The position numbers and the translations under genes were made by a program. Below, in pieces: positions 17,557 through 25,768 of a stretch of 64,000 nucleotides of DNA. Position 1 is the first letter of the stretch; the number at the start of each line of letters is the position of its first letter. Origin of the DNA: Vicinamibacteria bacterium (GTDB lineage: Bacteria; Acidobacteriota; Vicinamibacteria; Fen-336; JAGNNV01); NCBI GenBank assembly GCA_031412915.1, contig JANODX010000096.1:11012-75011 (forward strand), given 5' to 3'. Under the pieces are notes generated by a model, which worked only from the letters and a program-made list of their open reading frames with translations, was not told the origin of the DNA and ran no database searches.

Positions 17557-19098
17557 TCAAGAGAGGCGCTTTAGTGCCTCGGCAAACTGTTGTCCGCTTT
17601 CATCCGCCATGGCGGCATCGCGCAACTCTCTGACCACCGCAGAAGCCCCGTCTTTCTGGCGGAGGGTCGGGAGCACTCTCATGATCTCGTCGAAACTGCG
17701 GCGCCCGCGCTGGTGGGTGTCCCCATAGCCCTTCACGACTCGCGGAAGCTCCGCCAGTTCGAGCGCCAACCCATAGTCTTCCGAAGCGACACCGGGGAAC
17801 AGGGCCAGCCACTCGCCGATCCGGCGATGCTCATCCTGAAAACGCAGCGATCGCCTCCGGAAGCGGCGCAAGCCCGCCAGCGCGTACAGCTGCAGAAAGC
17901 CCCGCAACGACGTGGTCTGCAAAATCATGCCCCGGCTCGCGAACTTCGTGATCCAGTTGTTCAGCCAGCCGCGGTTCATGAGCCAGCGGCCGAACCCGGC
18001 CGGAAGTATGTCGGAGATCTCCTCGAGACCGGGGTGCAGGAACTCACTGATGTTGACGAGTTGGGCGGCGGAAGCTCGCGATTCGCGCTGGACGCGTTCG
18101 AAGCGGGCGCTTCGGGTCTTGAGATCGGCCACGCGAATTGCGTCCTCGTAGCTCATCCATAGCGCCAGGTGGCGGCCCGCTTCGCGCAGCAGCCGGAATT
18201 CGCCGTCGCCGTGGGCGGCATCCAGGCTTCTCAGGACGTCCAAACGGTCGAGGTAGTCGGCCACATACGCCTCGTCCTGATAGTCGGCCAGGCGTTCCAT
18301 CCCGGGAAACAGTATGTCGTGACACTGATGAGGGAAACTCCTGAGGATCCGGTCGGCGAGACTGCGCAACCGAGGGCCGGTCTCGCGATGGGGTGGCTGG
18401 GCCTTTGGCAATTTCGGCTCTGCGGGCGAGGTCGCGGACCGGAAGCCCGCGGCAAAGGCGGCCAGGCTCGAGTCGACGCCAACTTCGCCACGGCGGACGG
18501 CGTCCTCGAACTCCTCGCGGCGAAAAGGCAGGGCGGCGGAGCCTGCGAGAGCGCCAAACAAGACGGCGCTGATCACGCTGCGCTGGGCGTCTGCGATACT
18601 TTCGAAATCATCCTGAACCAGTGTCTTCGAAGCCGCACGGCACGCCTCGATCAGCTTTCCTGCATCGACTTTGCCATCACCGATGGCCGTCTTCTCGGTC
18701 ATCGAATAGACGCGATGGGTGGACGCAATCAGGGTCGTTCGATCCGGCGTCACCAGCCCGCGCGCTATGGCACGTCCCGCCTCCATCAATTCGGACGCCA
18801 GCACGACATCCACTTCTCCGGGAACCGGCATGAGGGCCAGGACCGGGCTCCTGCCCGCGGCGCGCGCCGGCTCCTCCGGGAAGATCTCGACGTAGTAGAT
18901 GGTCGACCCCGTGCGCTGGGCGACGCCGGGAACGGAGGTGGTCTGGGCGCAGTAGCCTGCATGCTCGGCAAGATCGCCGATCCAATCCGCCAGGACGCCT
19001 CCCCCTTCTCCTCCCATGGCCAGGATCGCGATGGTGATCGCGCGGGGCCTGGGCGTCGTGGCGTTGGCAGCGGATGGGGCCAGGGGACTCGTGGTCAT
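17557..19098 (-). CDS. iorB: Indolepyruvate:ferredoxin oxidoreductase subunit beta-like protein
   Basis: About 510 aa, with IorB-family N-terminal pyruvate-ferredoxin-oxidoreductase gamma-like region (ITIAILAMGGEGGGVLADWI). Immediately downstream of iorA. Start chosen at MTTSPL. Confidence 0.75.
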   Translation of the reverse strand: MTTSPLAPSAANATTPRPRAITIAILAMGGEGGGVLADWIGDLAEHAGYCAQTTSVPGVAQRTGSTIYYVEIFPEEPARAAGRSPVLALMPVPGEVDVVLASELMEAGRAIARGLVTPDRTTLIASTHRVYSMTEKTAIGDGKVDAGKLIEACRAASKTLVQDDFESIADAQRSVISAVLFGALAGSAALPFRREEFEDAVRRGEVGVDSSLAAFAAGFRSATSPAEPKLPKAQPPHRETGPRLRSLADRILRSFPHQCHDILFPGMERLADYQDEAYVADYLDRLDVLRSLDAAHGDGEFRLLREAGRHLALWMSYEDAIRVADLKTRSARFERVQRESRASAAQLVNISEFLHPGLEEISDILPAGFGRWLMNRGWLNNWITKFASRGMILQTTSLRGFLQLYALAGLRRFRRRSLRFQDEHRRIGEWLALFPGVASEDYGLALELAELPRVVKGYGDTHQRGRRSFDEIMRVLPTLRQKDGASAVVRELRDAAMADESGQQFAEALKRLS

Positions 19099-19134
19099 TC
19101 CAGACTCCCAATTCCCAATTCCCAATTCCCGAGC

Positions 19135-21294
19135 TCAGGCGGCAAAGCCCGCGAGTCGTCGGTCGGTGCGACGCTGCAGGAAGCTGATGACGCCTCTGCG
19201 AACCCGCGACTTGAGGCCTTCCCACCCGGTCGGATTGGAGACAATGTCCATGCGGAAAAACGATGGACACAGCTTCGCCGCATGCGCCACCTCGCCACAC
19301 AGGCCGCAGCCGATGCAACTGTCGATCACCGTGGCTACCGGATCCTGTCGGAGTGGATCCGGATTGGGGCGCACGGTCAGGGAGGGACACCCGGAGAGCC
19401 GAATGCAGGAATGATCACCCGTGCACGTGTCCTCATCGACTCCAAACCTCTCGCGCACCACCCTCTTTCCCTCTTTCGCCAACTTGAGCATGAGGGGCTT
19501 CACGCGACGTTCGCGGTTCAGCGCACACTCGCTCTGGGCGACGATGACTTTGGGGCCCTTCTCCCTGGTGATGAGCGCCTCCTTCAGCACGTCCCGCATT
19601 CGAGCGAGGTCGTAGGTACGAGTGACTTCCCGAACCCATTTCACACCAACGCCCCGAACCGCGTTGGCGATCGAGAGCCGGGTCGTGCGAATCGGATTGG
19701 CGGCCGCGGAGGAAAGGATGTCCTGCCCCCCCGTCGCCGCGGTGTAAGCGTTGTCCACCACGACCAGGACGCTGTCGCTCTTGTTGAACACCGCGTTTCC
19801 GACCCCGCTGGTCAGGCCGTTGTGCCAGAAGCCTCCGTCGCCCATGATGCTGAGCGTCCGCTTGTCGGTCTGCGTGCTGTTGAAAGCGGCCGCACCCGCC
19901 CAACCCAGTCCGTAGCCCATCGTGGTCGCACCAAGATTGAATGGGGGAAGGATGGAAAAGAGGTGGCAACCGATGTCGCAACTCATGTGATGCGGGCCGA
20001 TTTCGCGCTCCACCAGTTTGATCGCGGTAAAGATGGGGCGTTCCGGGCAGCCCGTGCAGAATGAAGGCGGGCGGGGATGGACCAGACTCTCCGCGGCTTG
20101 GATGGCCTGAGGCTTAGGCTCGGCCGGGCGGACCACCGTGGGCAGGTGTTCCCGGTCGATCAACCGGGGGGCATAGGTGTCGACAAACTTCAGGATGCCC
20201 CGGATGACCGCGGCCGGCGTGTATTCGCCGGCCATCGGCAGCATGTCCTTGCCGTGGATTCTTGCCGGCGCCCCTGCCTTGCGCAGGATCACGTTCAGAT
20301 TCTGTTCGAGAAAGTCGGGCTGGCCTTCTTCGACCATGAGCACCGCGCGCTTTCCCGCGCAGAAGCGAACGATCTCCGCATCCACCAGGGGATAGGTCAC
20401 GTTCAGGATGGAAAGCGGAATGGCGCTGTTTCCAAAGGCATCGGACAACCCCAGGAGTTCCAGCGATCGGATCGTGGTGTTGTACATGCCTCCCTGCAGA
20501 ATGATCCCGAAATCCTGGGCATCTTCGGCGACGAATTCGTTGAGGCGGTGTTCCTGAATGAACCTTTGGGCGGCCGGCCAGCGAGTGTGGATCTTCTCTT
20601 CCTCATGCAGGAAGCTCCCCGGAGGCAAGACGATCCGGTTGACGTCCCGAACCGGCTTTTCGATCGCGTCCTTCAAGGTGAACGCGGGCCGGACGTTGTC
20701 TTTCGCGATGAAGCTCCCGTGAACGTGGCACGCTCGAATTCGCAATTCGAGCATCACGGGAGTATTGGTCGCCTCCGACAACGCGAAACCCTGTTCGACC
20801 GCGTTCACAATGGAGGGAAGATTCGGGCGGGGATCCAGCAGCCACATCTGCGACTTCATGGCGAACGCGTGCGAACGCTCCTGCATGATGCTGGACCCTT
20901 CGCCGTAGTCCTCCCCGACGATGATGAGCGCTCCGCCGATCACCCCGCCCGAAGCGAGGTTCGCCAGGGCGTCGGAGGCGACGTTGGTGCCGACCGTCGA
21001 TTTGAAGGTCACGGCCCCGCGGAGGGGATAGTTGACGGAGGCGGCGAGGGTGGCGGCGGCGGTCGCTTCCGAGGCGCTGTGCTCGAAGTGGACGCCCAGC
21101 TCATTCAGGATGTCGTTCGCATCCGTCAGCACGTCCATCAGGTGCGAGATCGGCGCACCCTGGTAGCCGGCCACGTACGACACCCCGGACTGCAGCAGAG
21201 CCTTGGTGACCGCGAGGATTCCCTCCCCCCGGAATTCTTCGCCGTGGCCCAGGTAGAGCTTCTGGACTTCCTTCTTAAAGAACCGTTCCGCCAT
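19135..21294 (-). CDS. iorA: Indolepyruvate:ferredoxin oxidoreductase subunit alpha (ThDP-binding and 4Fe-4S ferredoxin domains)
   Basis: Start chosen at MAERFFKKEVQKLYLGHGEEF (Met 168 of the track ORF). ThDP-enzyme motifs (GDGGFWHNG) and two Cys clusters (CTGDHSCIRLSGCP...CIGCGLCGEVAHAAKLCP) typical of IorA. Confidence 0.85.
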   Translation of the reverse strand: MAERFFKKEVQKLYLGHGEEFRGEGILAVTKALLQSGVSYVAGYQGAPISHLMDVLTDANDILNELGVHFEHSASEATAAATLAASVNYPLRGAVTFKSTVGTNVASDALANLASGGVIGGALIIVGEDYGEGSSIMQERSHAFAMKSQMWLLDPRPNLPSIVNAVEQGFALSEATNTPVMLELRIRACHVHGSFIAKDNVRPAFTLKDAIEKPVRDVNRIVLPPGSFLHEEEKIHTRWPAAQRFIQEHRLNEFVAEDAQDFGIILQGGMYNTTIRSLELLGLSDAFGNSAIPLSILNVTYPLVDAEIVRFCAGKRAVLMVEEGQPDFLEQNLNVILRKAGAPARIHGKDMLPMAGEYTPAAVIRGILKFVDTYAPRLIDREHLPTVVRPAEPKPQAIQAAESLVHPRPPSFCTGCPERPIFTAIKLVEREIGPHHMSCDIGCHLFSILPPFNLGATTMGYGLGWAGAAAFNSTQTDKRTLSIMGDGGFWHNGLTSGVGNAVFNKSDSVLVVVDNAYTAATGGQDILSSAAANPIRTTRLSIANAVRGVGVKWVREVTRTYDLARMRDVLKEALITREKGPKVIVAQSECALNRERRVKPLMLKLAKEGKRVVRERFGVDEDTCTGDHSCIRLSGCPSLTVRPNPDPLRQDPVATVIDSCIGCGLCGEVAHAAKLCPSFFRMDIVSNPTGWEGLKSRVRRGVISFLQRRTDRRLAGFAA

Positions 21295-21323
21295 CTCTTC
21301 GACACCTGAGGTCCAGGTCGGCG

Positions 21324-22109
21324 CTATCTCCCGGCCACCAGGGCAAGCACGCGGCACGGACTGCCGGACCCGTGGACGATTTTCAACGGGGGCGTGATCA
21401 GGATCGCCCCTTTGGGAGGCAGCAGATCCAGATTCGTCAAACTCGCGAGACCGAACCTGTTGCTGCCGTGCATGCCGCTGTGACACGGAAAGGGCGGTTC
21501 GAACCGGAACGCCTGTCCCGCGTCGGTCCCAACTCCTTCCGACCCCCAGCCGACGACATCCCGTTCCCGCGCCAGAAACGGCACCAGATCGGGATGCGGA
21601 CCGGGAACGTGCGCCCCATCTTCCTTGATATTCAGGAAAGCATCCGGATCCGTGCGCCTGGACCAATCGGTCCGCATCAGTACCCAGGAGCCGGACTCGA
21701 TGCGGCCATGCTCCTTCTCCCATGCTTCGACGTGCTGCGCAGTCAGCAGAAAATCGGGATCGGCCGCGACCTCGCGGGAGGCGTCGATGACGCAAGCAGG
21801 TGCAATGAATCGGGCCGCCTCGATGGTGTCGGTTGCGTTCTTCGGATAGTCCTTTCCCGATACCCAGTGAACGGGCGCGTCGAAATGCGTGCCCGTGTGC
21901 TCCCCGCAGGAGAAGTTGTTCCAGTACCAGGCCGGTCCTCTCTCGTCGTACCTGGAGATTTCCTCCAGACGGAAAGGCTTCGATTTTCCAAACTCCGGGG
22001 GGAGTTGAATCACCGCGGTTTCGGTTTCGAGGGGCTGGCTCAGATCGATCACCCGGATAGCACCCGTAACGAGGGCTCGGGCAAATCGGCCCAGAAGGTC
22101 TTCTTCCAT
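21324..22109 (-). CDS. Cyclase-family protein (kynurenine-formamidase-like metal hydrolase)
   Basis: HxGTHxDxPxH signature present as GEHTGTHFDAPVHW. Start chosen at MEEDLLGRF (the 76 residues before it in the track ORF are Ser/Thr/Arg-rich off-frame-like sequence). Confidence 0.8.
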   Translation of the reverse strand: MEEDLLGRFARALVTGAIRVIDLSQPLETETAVIQLPPEFGKSKPFRLEEISRYDERGPAWYWNNFSCGEHTGTHFDAPVHWVSGKDYPKNATDTIEAARFIAPACVIDASREVAADPDFLLTAQHVEAWEKEHGRIESGSWVLMRTDWSRRTDPDAFLNIKEDGAHVPGPHPDLVPFLARERDVVGWGSEGVGTDAGQAFRFEPPFPCHSGMHGSNRFGLASLTNLDLLPPKGAILITPPLKIVHGSGSPCRVLALVAGR

Positions 22110-22149
22110 CGGGCTATCCTCCAAATCGGACGAGCGCTTTCCCTCGTCC

Positions 22150-23379
22150 CTAGAACGTCTGGGCTTTGAGCCGGAAGACCGACTCCAGTTCAGGATTGCG
22201 GTCCTTGCCGAGGACGCGGTCCGCAACATATTCGCCCACCACCGGGGCGTGCTTGTAGCCGTGGCCGGAGCCGCCGCCCACGAGCCAGACGTTCTCGAGG
22301 CCCGGGTGCCGGTCGATGATGAAGTGTTCGTCGACACTCATCTCCAGCTGGCAGACCCGGCTTTCCACCAGGGGTTGATTCGCCAGGGCGGGAAAGCGCA
22401 TCGCGAGGTAGTCACGCGCCCGCTTCACCTGATAGGCCGAGACGATCCGCTCGTCGGTGTCGGGATCGAAGGCGGTCAATTCGCCCGCCGGGCAGACTTT
22501 GAAGCCGCGATGGTCGAAACTGGGGAAGCCGTAGTAGCCGGAGTTGCTCGAGTCTTCCTCCGCGAAATTCGGGAAGTTCGGGTAGCTGAAGCGATCGTCA
22601 CCGGAGGGGGTGCCGAAGAAGAAGACGTCGCGCCGGGGCGTGAAGAGCTTCTTCTGCATGAGATCGGGGAACACCTTGCGCAGCCAGGGGCCGCAGGCGA
22701 AGACATAGGTCGCCGCGGCGAGAGGGGCGCCGGAGGACAGGGACACGTCGAGCAGCCGCGAGCCGGACTGACGGCCGGGTTGGGCACGGGCGATGCGGAA
22801 CCGGCCGCCCTTCTTCTGAAACGCATCGGAGACGGCCATACAGCCTTCGCGCGCCTTGAGAACGCCGGTGGTCGGCTCGAAGAGCGCCACCCCGACCCCC
22901 TCGGCGGTCATCTGCGGGTAGCGCCGCCTCACCTCTTCCGGGGAAAGCCTCTCGTTCGGGACCTTGTACCTGTCCAGCACCGCCTGGGTCACCTTCAGGC
23001 TCTCGTTCCATTCCGGGGCGAGCAGAATGCGACCGGTCTCGAAGAGAAGCCGCTTGCCCCACTCCTGCTCCCGGGCCCGCCACAGGCCGAAGGCCTCCAA
23101 CACCCAACGCGTGTAGAGCTCGCGGTCCGCGTAGCCGGCGCGGATCTGACGCGTCTCTCCTCCCGAACTGCTCCGCGAATTCCCGGGCCCGTAGGCGTCG
23201 ACCAGCGTCACCGAGGCGCCCCGCTCGCGCAGGGCGAGGGCCGTCCATCCCCCGAAAGCACCCGCTCCGATCACGACAACCTCGGGGCTGGTCTGCGCGC
23301 GTGCCCGCGAGGCCACGGCGAGGACACCCGCCTGCACGCCCGCCGCCTCGAGAAAGGTGCGCCGATCCAGTTGTCTCAT
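22150..23379 (-). CDS. FAD-dependent oxidoreductase (DAO/glycine-oxidase/amino-acid-deaminase family) with a twin-arginine signal
   Basis: MRQLDRRTFLEAAGVQAGVLAVASRARAQ is a Tat-type leader. VVVIGAGAFGGWTALAL is a GxGxxG dinucleotide-binding motif; C-terminal LVGGGSGHGYKHAPVVG is typical of DAO-family enzymes. Alternative starts are the GTG at 23466 (overlapping the amidohydrolase stop) and the ATG at 23448. Confidence 0.8.
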   Translation of the reverse strand: MRQLDRRTFLEAAGVQAGVLAVASRARAQTSPEVVVIGAGAFGGWTALALRERGASVTLVDAYGPGNSRSSSGGETRQIRAGYADRELYTRWVLEAFGLWRAREQEWGKRLLFETGRILLAPEWNESLKVTQAVLDRYKVPNERLSPEEVRRRYPQMTAEGVGVALFEPTTGVLKAREGCMAVSDAFQKKGGRFRIARAQPGRQSGSRLLDVSLSSGAPLAAATYVFACGPWLRKVFPDLMQKKLFTPRRDVFFFGTPSGDDRFSYPNFPNFAEEDSSNSGYYGFPSFDHRGFKVCPAGELTAFDPDTDERIVSAYQVKRARDYLAMRFPALANQPLVESRVCQLEMSVDEHFIIDRHPGLENVWLVGGGSGHGYKHAPVVGEYVADRVLGKDRNPELESVFRLKAQTF

Positions 23380-23462
23380 GGGTCGGGCCCCCTCGGCCGC
23401 GCGCACACCCGACTCGAGGGCGCCATTCACCGAAGCATTCCCGTCCATGCTGTTCGTCTTCT

Positions 23463-25259
23463 TCACTGCTTGCCTCCCTGCTTCTCGCCCGCTTCCCCTG
23501 GCCGCGCTTCGTAGACCAGTTTGCCGCCCACGATGGTGGCAACGATGCGGCCCTGCAGCAGCTTCCCTGGGTCGGTCGCTCCGACCACGAGCGGGTCCGT
23601 GTCCATGACCGTGACGTCCGCCCAGCGGCCGCGAGCGAGGACGCCCGATTCCTTCTCCCAGGAAGCGGCGTAGGCGTTCCAGGTCGTGTACCCACGCACC
23701 GCTTCTTCCGGAGTGAGGCTCTGTTCCTTGTACCAGCCCGAGGCGGGCTCCTGCTTCTTGTCCCGGCGCGTCATCGCGGCGTGCAGTCCATAGAAGATGT
23801 TGTGATCGGAGCCGGTCAGGTCGGAGTTGAAGGCGAGGCGCGCCCCCGCCTTGCGCAGGGAGCGCCAGGCGTAGGCTCCCTTGATTCGCTGCGCACCCAG
23901 CCGATCCTCGGCCCAGGTCTTGTCCTCGACGGCGTGGGGAGGCTCCATCGAGGCGATGACGCCGAGGCGGGCGAAGCGGGGGATGTCGTCCGGATGCACG
24001 ACCTGGGCGTGCTCAATACGGTGGCGGAGCCCTCGCCCTTCCGGTTTCTGGGCCAGCACCGACTCTATGAAGTCCAGGGTCTCACGGTTGCCGGCATCGC
24101 CGATGGCGTGGATGCCCACCTGGAAGCCGGCCTTCATCATTTCGGCCACGAGTTTCTGGTCGAAGCCGTACTGACCGCCGCTCACCCCGCGGTGGCCCGG
24201 CCGGTCAGAATAGTCCTGGAGCAGCCGTGCGCCCCTCGAACCGAGGGCCCCGTCGTAGTAGGCCTTCACCGAACGGGTGACCAGCATGCGGTCGTTCGTC
24301 TTGTCGGGGCCGCGGGCCAGCCACTTCCGGCACAACTCCTCTTCGCGGGCCGAGAGCATCGCGTACACACGCACGGGAAGCTGCCCCTCCGCCTCAAGCG
24401 CTTCGAACGCCCGCATGTGCCGAGCACCGGCACCTGCTTCGTGAATCGCGACGTAGCCGTCCCTGGCCATGATCTTCAGCCCGGCCAGAACGTAGGACTT
24501 GAACTGCTCTTCGGTGGGCGCAGGAAGCGCCGAAGAGAGCAGGGGCACCGCGCGGTTGAGGAATAGACCCGTGGGGTTGCCGCTCGCATCTTTCCGGATC
24601 TCGCCTCCTTCGGGGGCCTTCGTCTGGGCAGTGATTGCGGCTCGCTCCAGAGCCAGGCGGTTACCCCAGCCCGCGAAGCCATGAAGGCTGGCCAGATAGA
24701 CGGGGTGATCGGGGACCTTCTCGCTCAGCAGGCGCAGGTCGGGATAGTGATTGGCCCAGGCACCTTCGTCCCAGCCGCCTCCTATGATCCACTGTCCTTT
24801 GGGCACGCTGCGCGCACGCGCCACGACCCGCGCCACCGCTTCCTCTTCGGTCTGGACGTCCACCAGGTCCACCCGGCTCGCCGCTTCTCCGAGCTCAGCG
24901 ACGTGGACGTGGGAGTCGACGAGACCCGGAAGCACCGTGCCGCCATGCAGGTCGAGCACCCGGGTAGCCGCGCCGCGATGAGCCTCGGCATCGCGCGTCG
25001 TGCCCACGAAGACGATCCTGCCGCCGCGGATTGCGACCGCTTCGGCGTCGGGCCGGAACCCGTCCTTCGTGCGCGGCGCGTTCTTCGCGGGCGTCCCGTC
25101 GTTCCCGGGCTCGTCCCACGCGAAGGTATAGACACGCCCGTTCAACAGAAGCAGGTCGGCCGCAGGGGTAGCCGGGGCCACGCCCCCGCGCGCAGTCATC
25201 GCAATCGCGGAAAGGCCCCAGGCCAGCATCAGTCTTCGCCCTTGGAAGGGAGTTTTCAC
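23463..25259 (-). CDS. Exported metal-dependent amidohydrolase (Amidohydro_3-like)
   Basis: Signal peptide MKTPFQGRRLMLAWGLSAIAMTARG. Metal-binding start motif LVDSHVHVAE. 598 aa, typical of this family. Confidence 0.8.
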   Translation of the reverse strand: MKTPFQGRRLMLAWGLSAIAMTARGGVAPATPAADLLLLNGRVYTFAWDEPGNDGTPAKNAPRTKDGFRPDAEAVAIRGGRIVFVGTTRDAEAHRGAATRVLDLHGGTVLPGLVDSHVHVAELGEAASRVDLVDVQTEEEAVARVVARARSVPKGQWIIGGGWDEGAWANHYPDLRLLSEKVPDHPVYLASLHGFAGWGNRLALERAAITAQTKAPEGGEIRKDASGNPTGLFLNRAVPLLSSALPAPTEEQFKSYVLAGLKIMARDGYVAIHEAGAGARHMRAFEALEAEGQLPVRVYAMLSAREEELCRKWLARGPDKTNDRMLVTRSVKAYYDGALGSRGARLLQDYSDRPGHRGVSGGQYGFDQKLVAEMMKAGFQVGIHAIGDAGNRETLDFIESVLAQKPEGRGLRHRIEHAQVVHPDDIPRFARLGVIASMEPPHAVEDKTWAEDRLGAQRIKGAYAWRSLRKAGARLAFNSDLTGSDHNIFYGLHAAMTRRDKKQEPASGWYKEQSLTPEEAVRGYTTWNAYAASWEKESGVLARGRWADVTVMDTDPLVVGATDPGKLLQGRIVATIVGGKLVYEARPGEAGEKQGGKQ

Positions 25260-25340
25260 GGCGCCTCCTTATTCACTATCAAGTATTGATGCGAGATTCT
25301 AGGCCCGGTCCGTCCGCGGCGGCAGGCGGATGACTAGGCA

Positions 25341-25450
25341 CGGCCCATTTCGGCACTCCTGGTGAAACGGTGGCTGAGCTTGCCCGCGCTGAGCCTGGTC
25401 GAAGCGTCGAAGCCACCGGCGGTCCCTTCGACCGGCTCAGGGACCGTTGG
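25341..25450 (+). repeat. Intergenic structured repeat, copy A (about 110 nt)
   Basis: GGCCCATTTCGGCACTCCTGGTGAAACGGTGGCTGAGCTTGCCCGCGCTGAGCCTGGTCGAAGCGTCGAAGCCACCGGCGGTCCCTTCGACCGGCTCAGGGACCG. Shares conserved blocks with copies at 25508, 34318 and (inverted) 37108. Contains internal inverted repeats (GTCGAAG...CTTCGAC; GCTGAGC...GCTCAG). Confidence 0.8.
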
Positions 25451-25507
25451 ATTGCCAGTCCGCCCCTGCCCCGCTTCGGTGAACAATTCGGCAGGCGGAT
25501 AGATAGG

Positions 25508-25655
25508 AACGGCCCCATTCCAGGCACTTCTGCTGAAACGGTGGCTGAGCTTGCCCACCGTAAGCATGCCTGCCGTGAGCCTGTCGAACGGTCGAAGCGT
25601 CGAAGCCGCAGGCGGTCCCTTCGACCGGCTCAGGGACCGTTGGAGTGCGGGTCCG
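25508..25655 (+). repeat. Intergenic structured repeat, copy B (about 150 nt, carrying an extra roughly 35-nt insertion)
   Basis: Same 5' block (GGCCCCATTCCAGGCACTTCTGCTGAAACGGTGGCTGAGCTTGCCC) and the same 3' block (GTCGAAGCGTCGAAGCC..GGCGGTCCCTTCGACCGGCTCAGGGACCGTTGGA) as copy A, arranged in tandem with it upstream of ggt. Confidence 0.8.
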
Positions 25656-25768
25656 CACCCGGCTCGTAAGGAGATTCTCGAAAACGTGAAAGCGTGACGC
25701 CTCAGGCGTCGCCTCTTGGCACTTCTGGCGCGGTTGGCCACTATGATCCGGGTCGGAGGCCTGTCACC

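Noticed and set aside
25334-25741. Small ORFs (135 aa on the minus strand, 99 aa on the plus strand) lying inside the tandem repeat copies A/B
   Set aside because: The region is made of the structured repeat family. The ORFs are produced by the repeat sequence itself and have no coding-like codon bias or motif.
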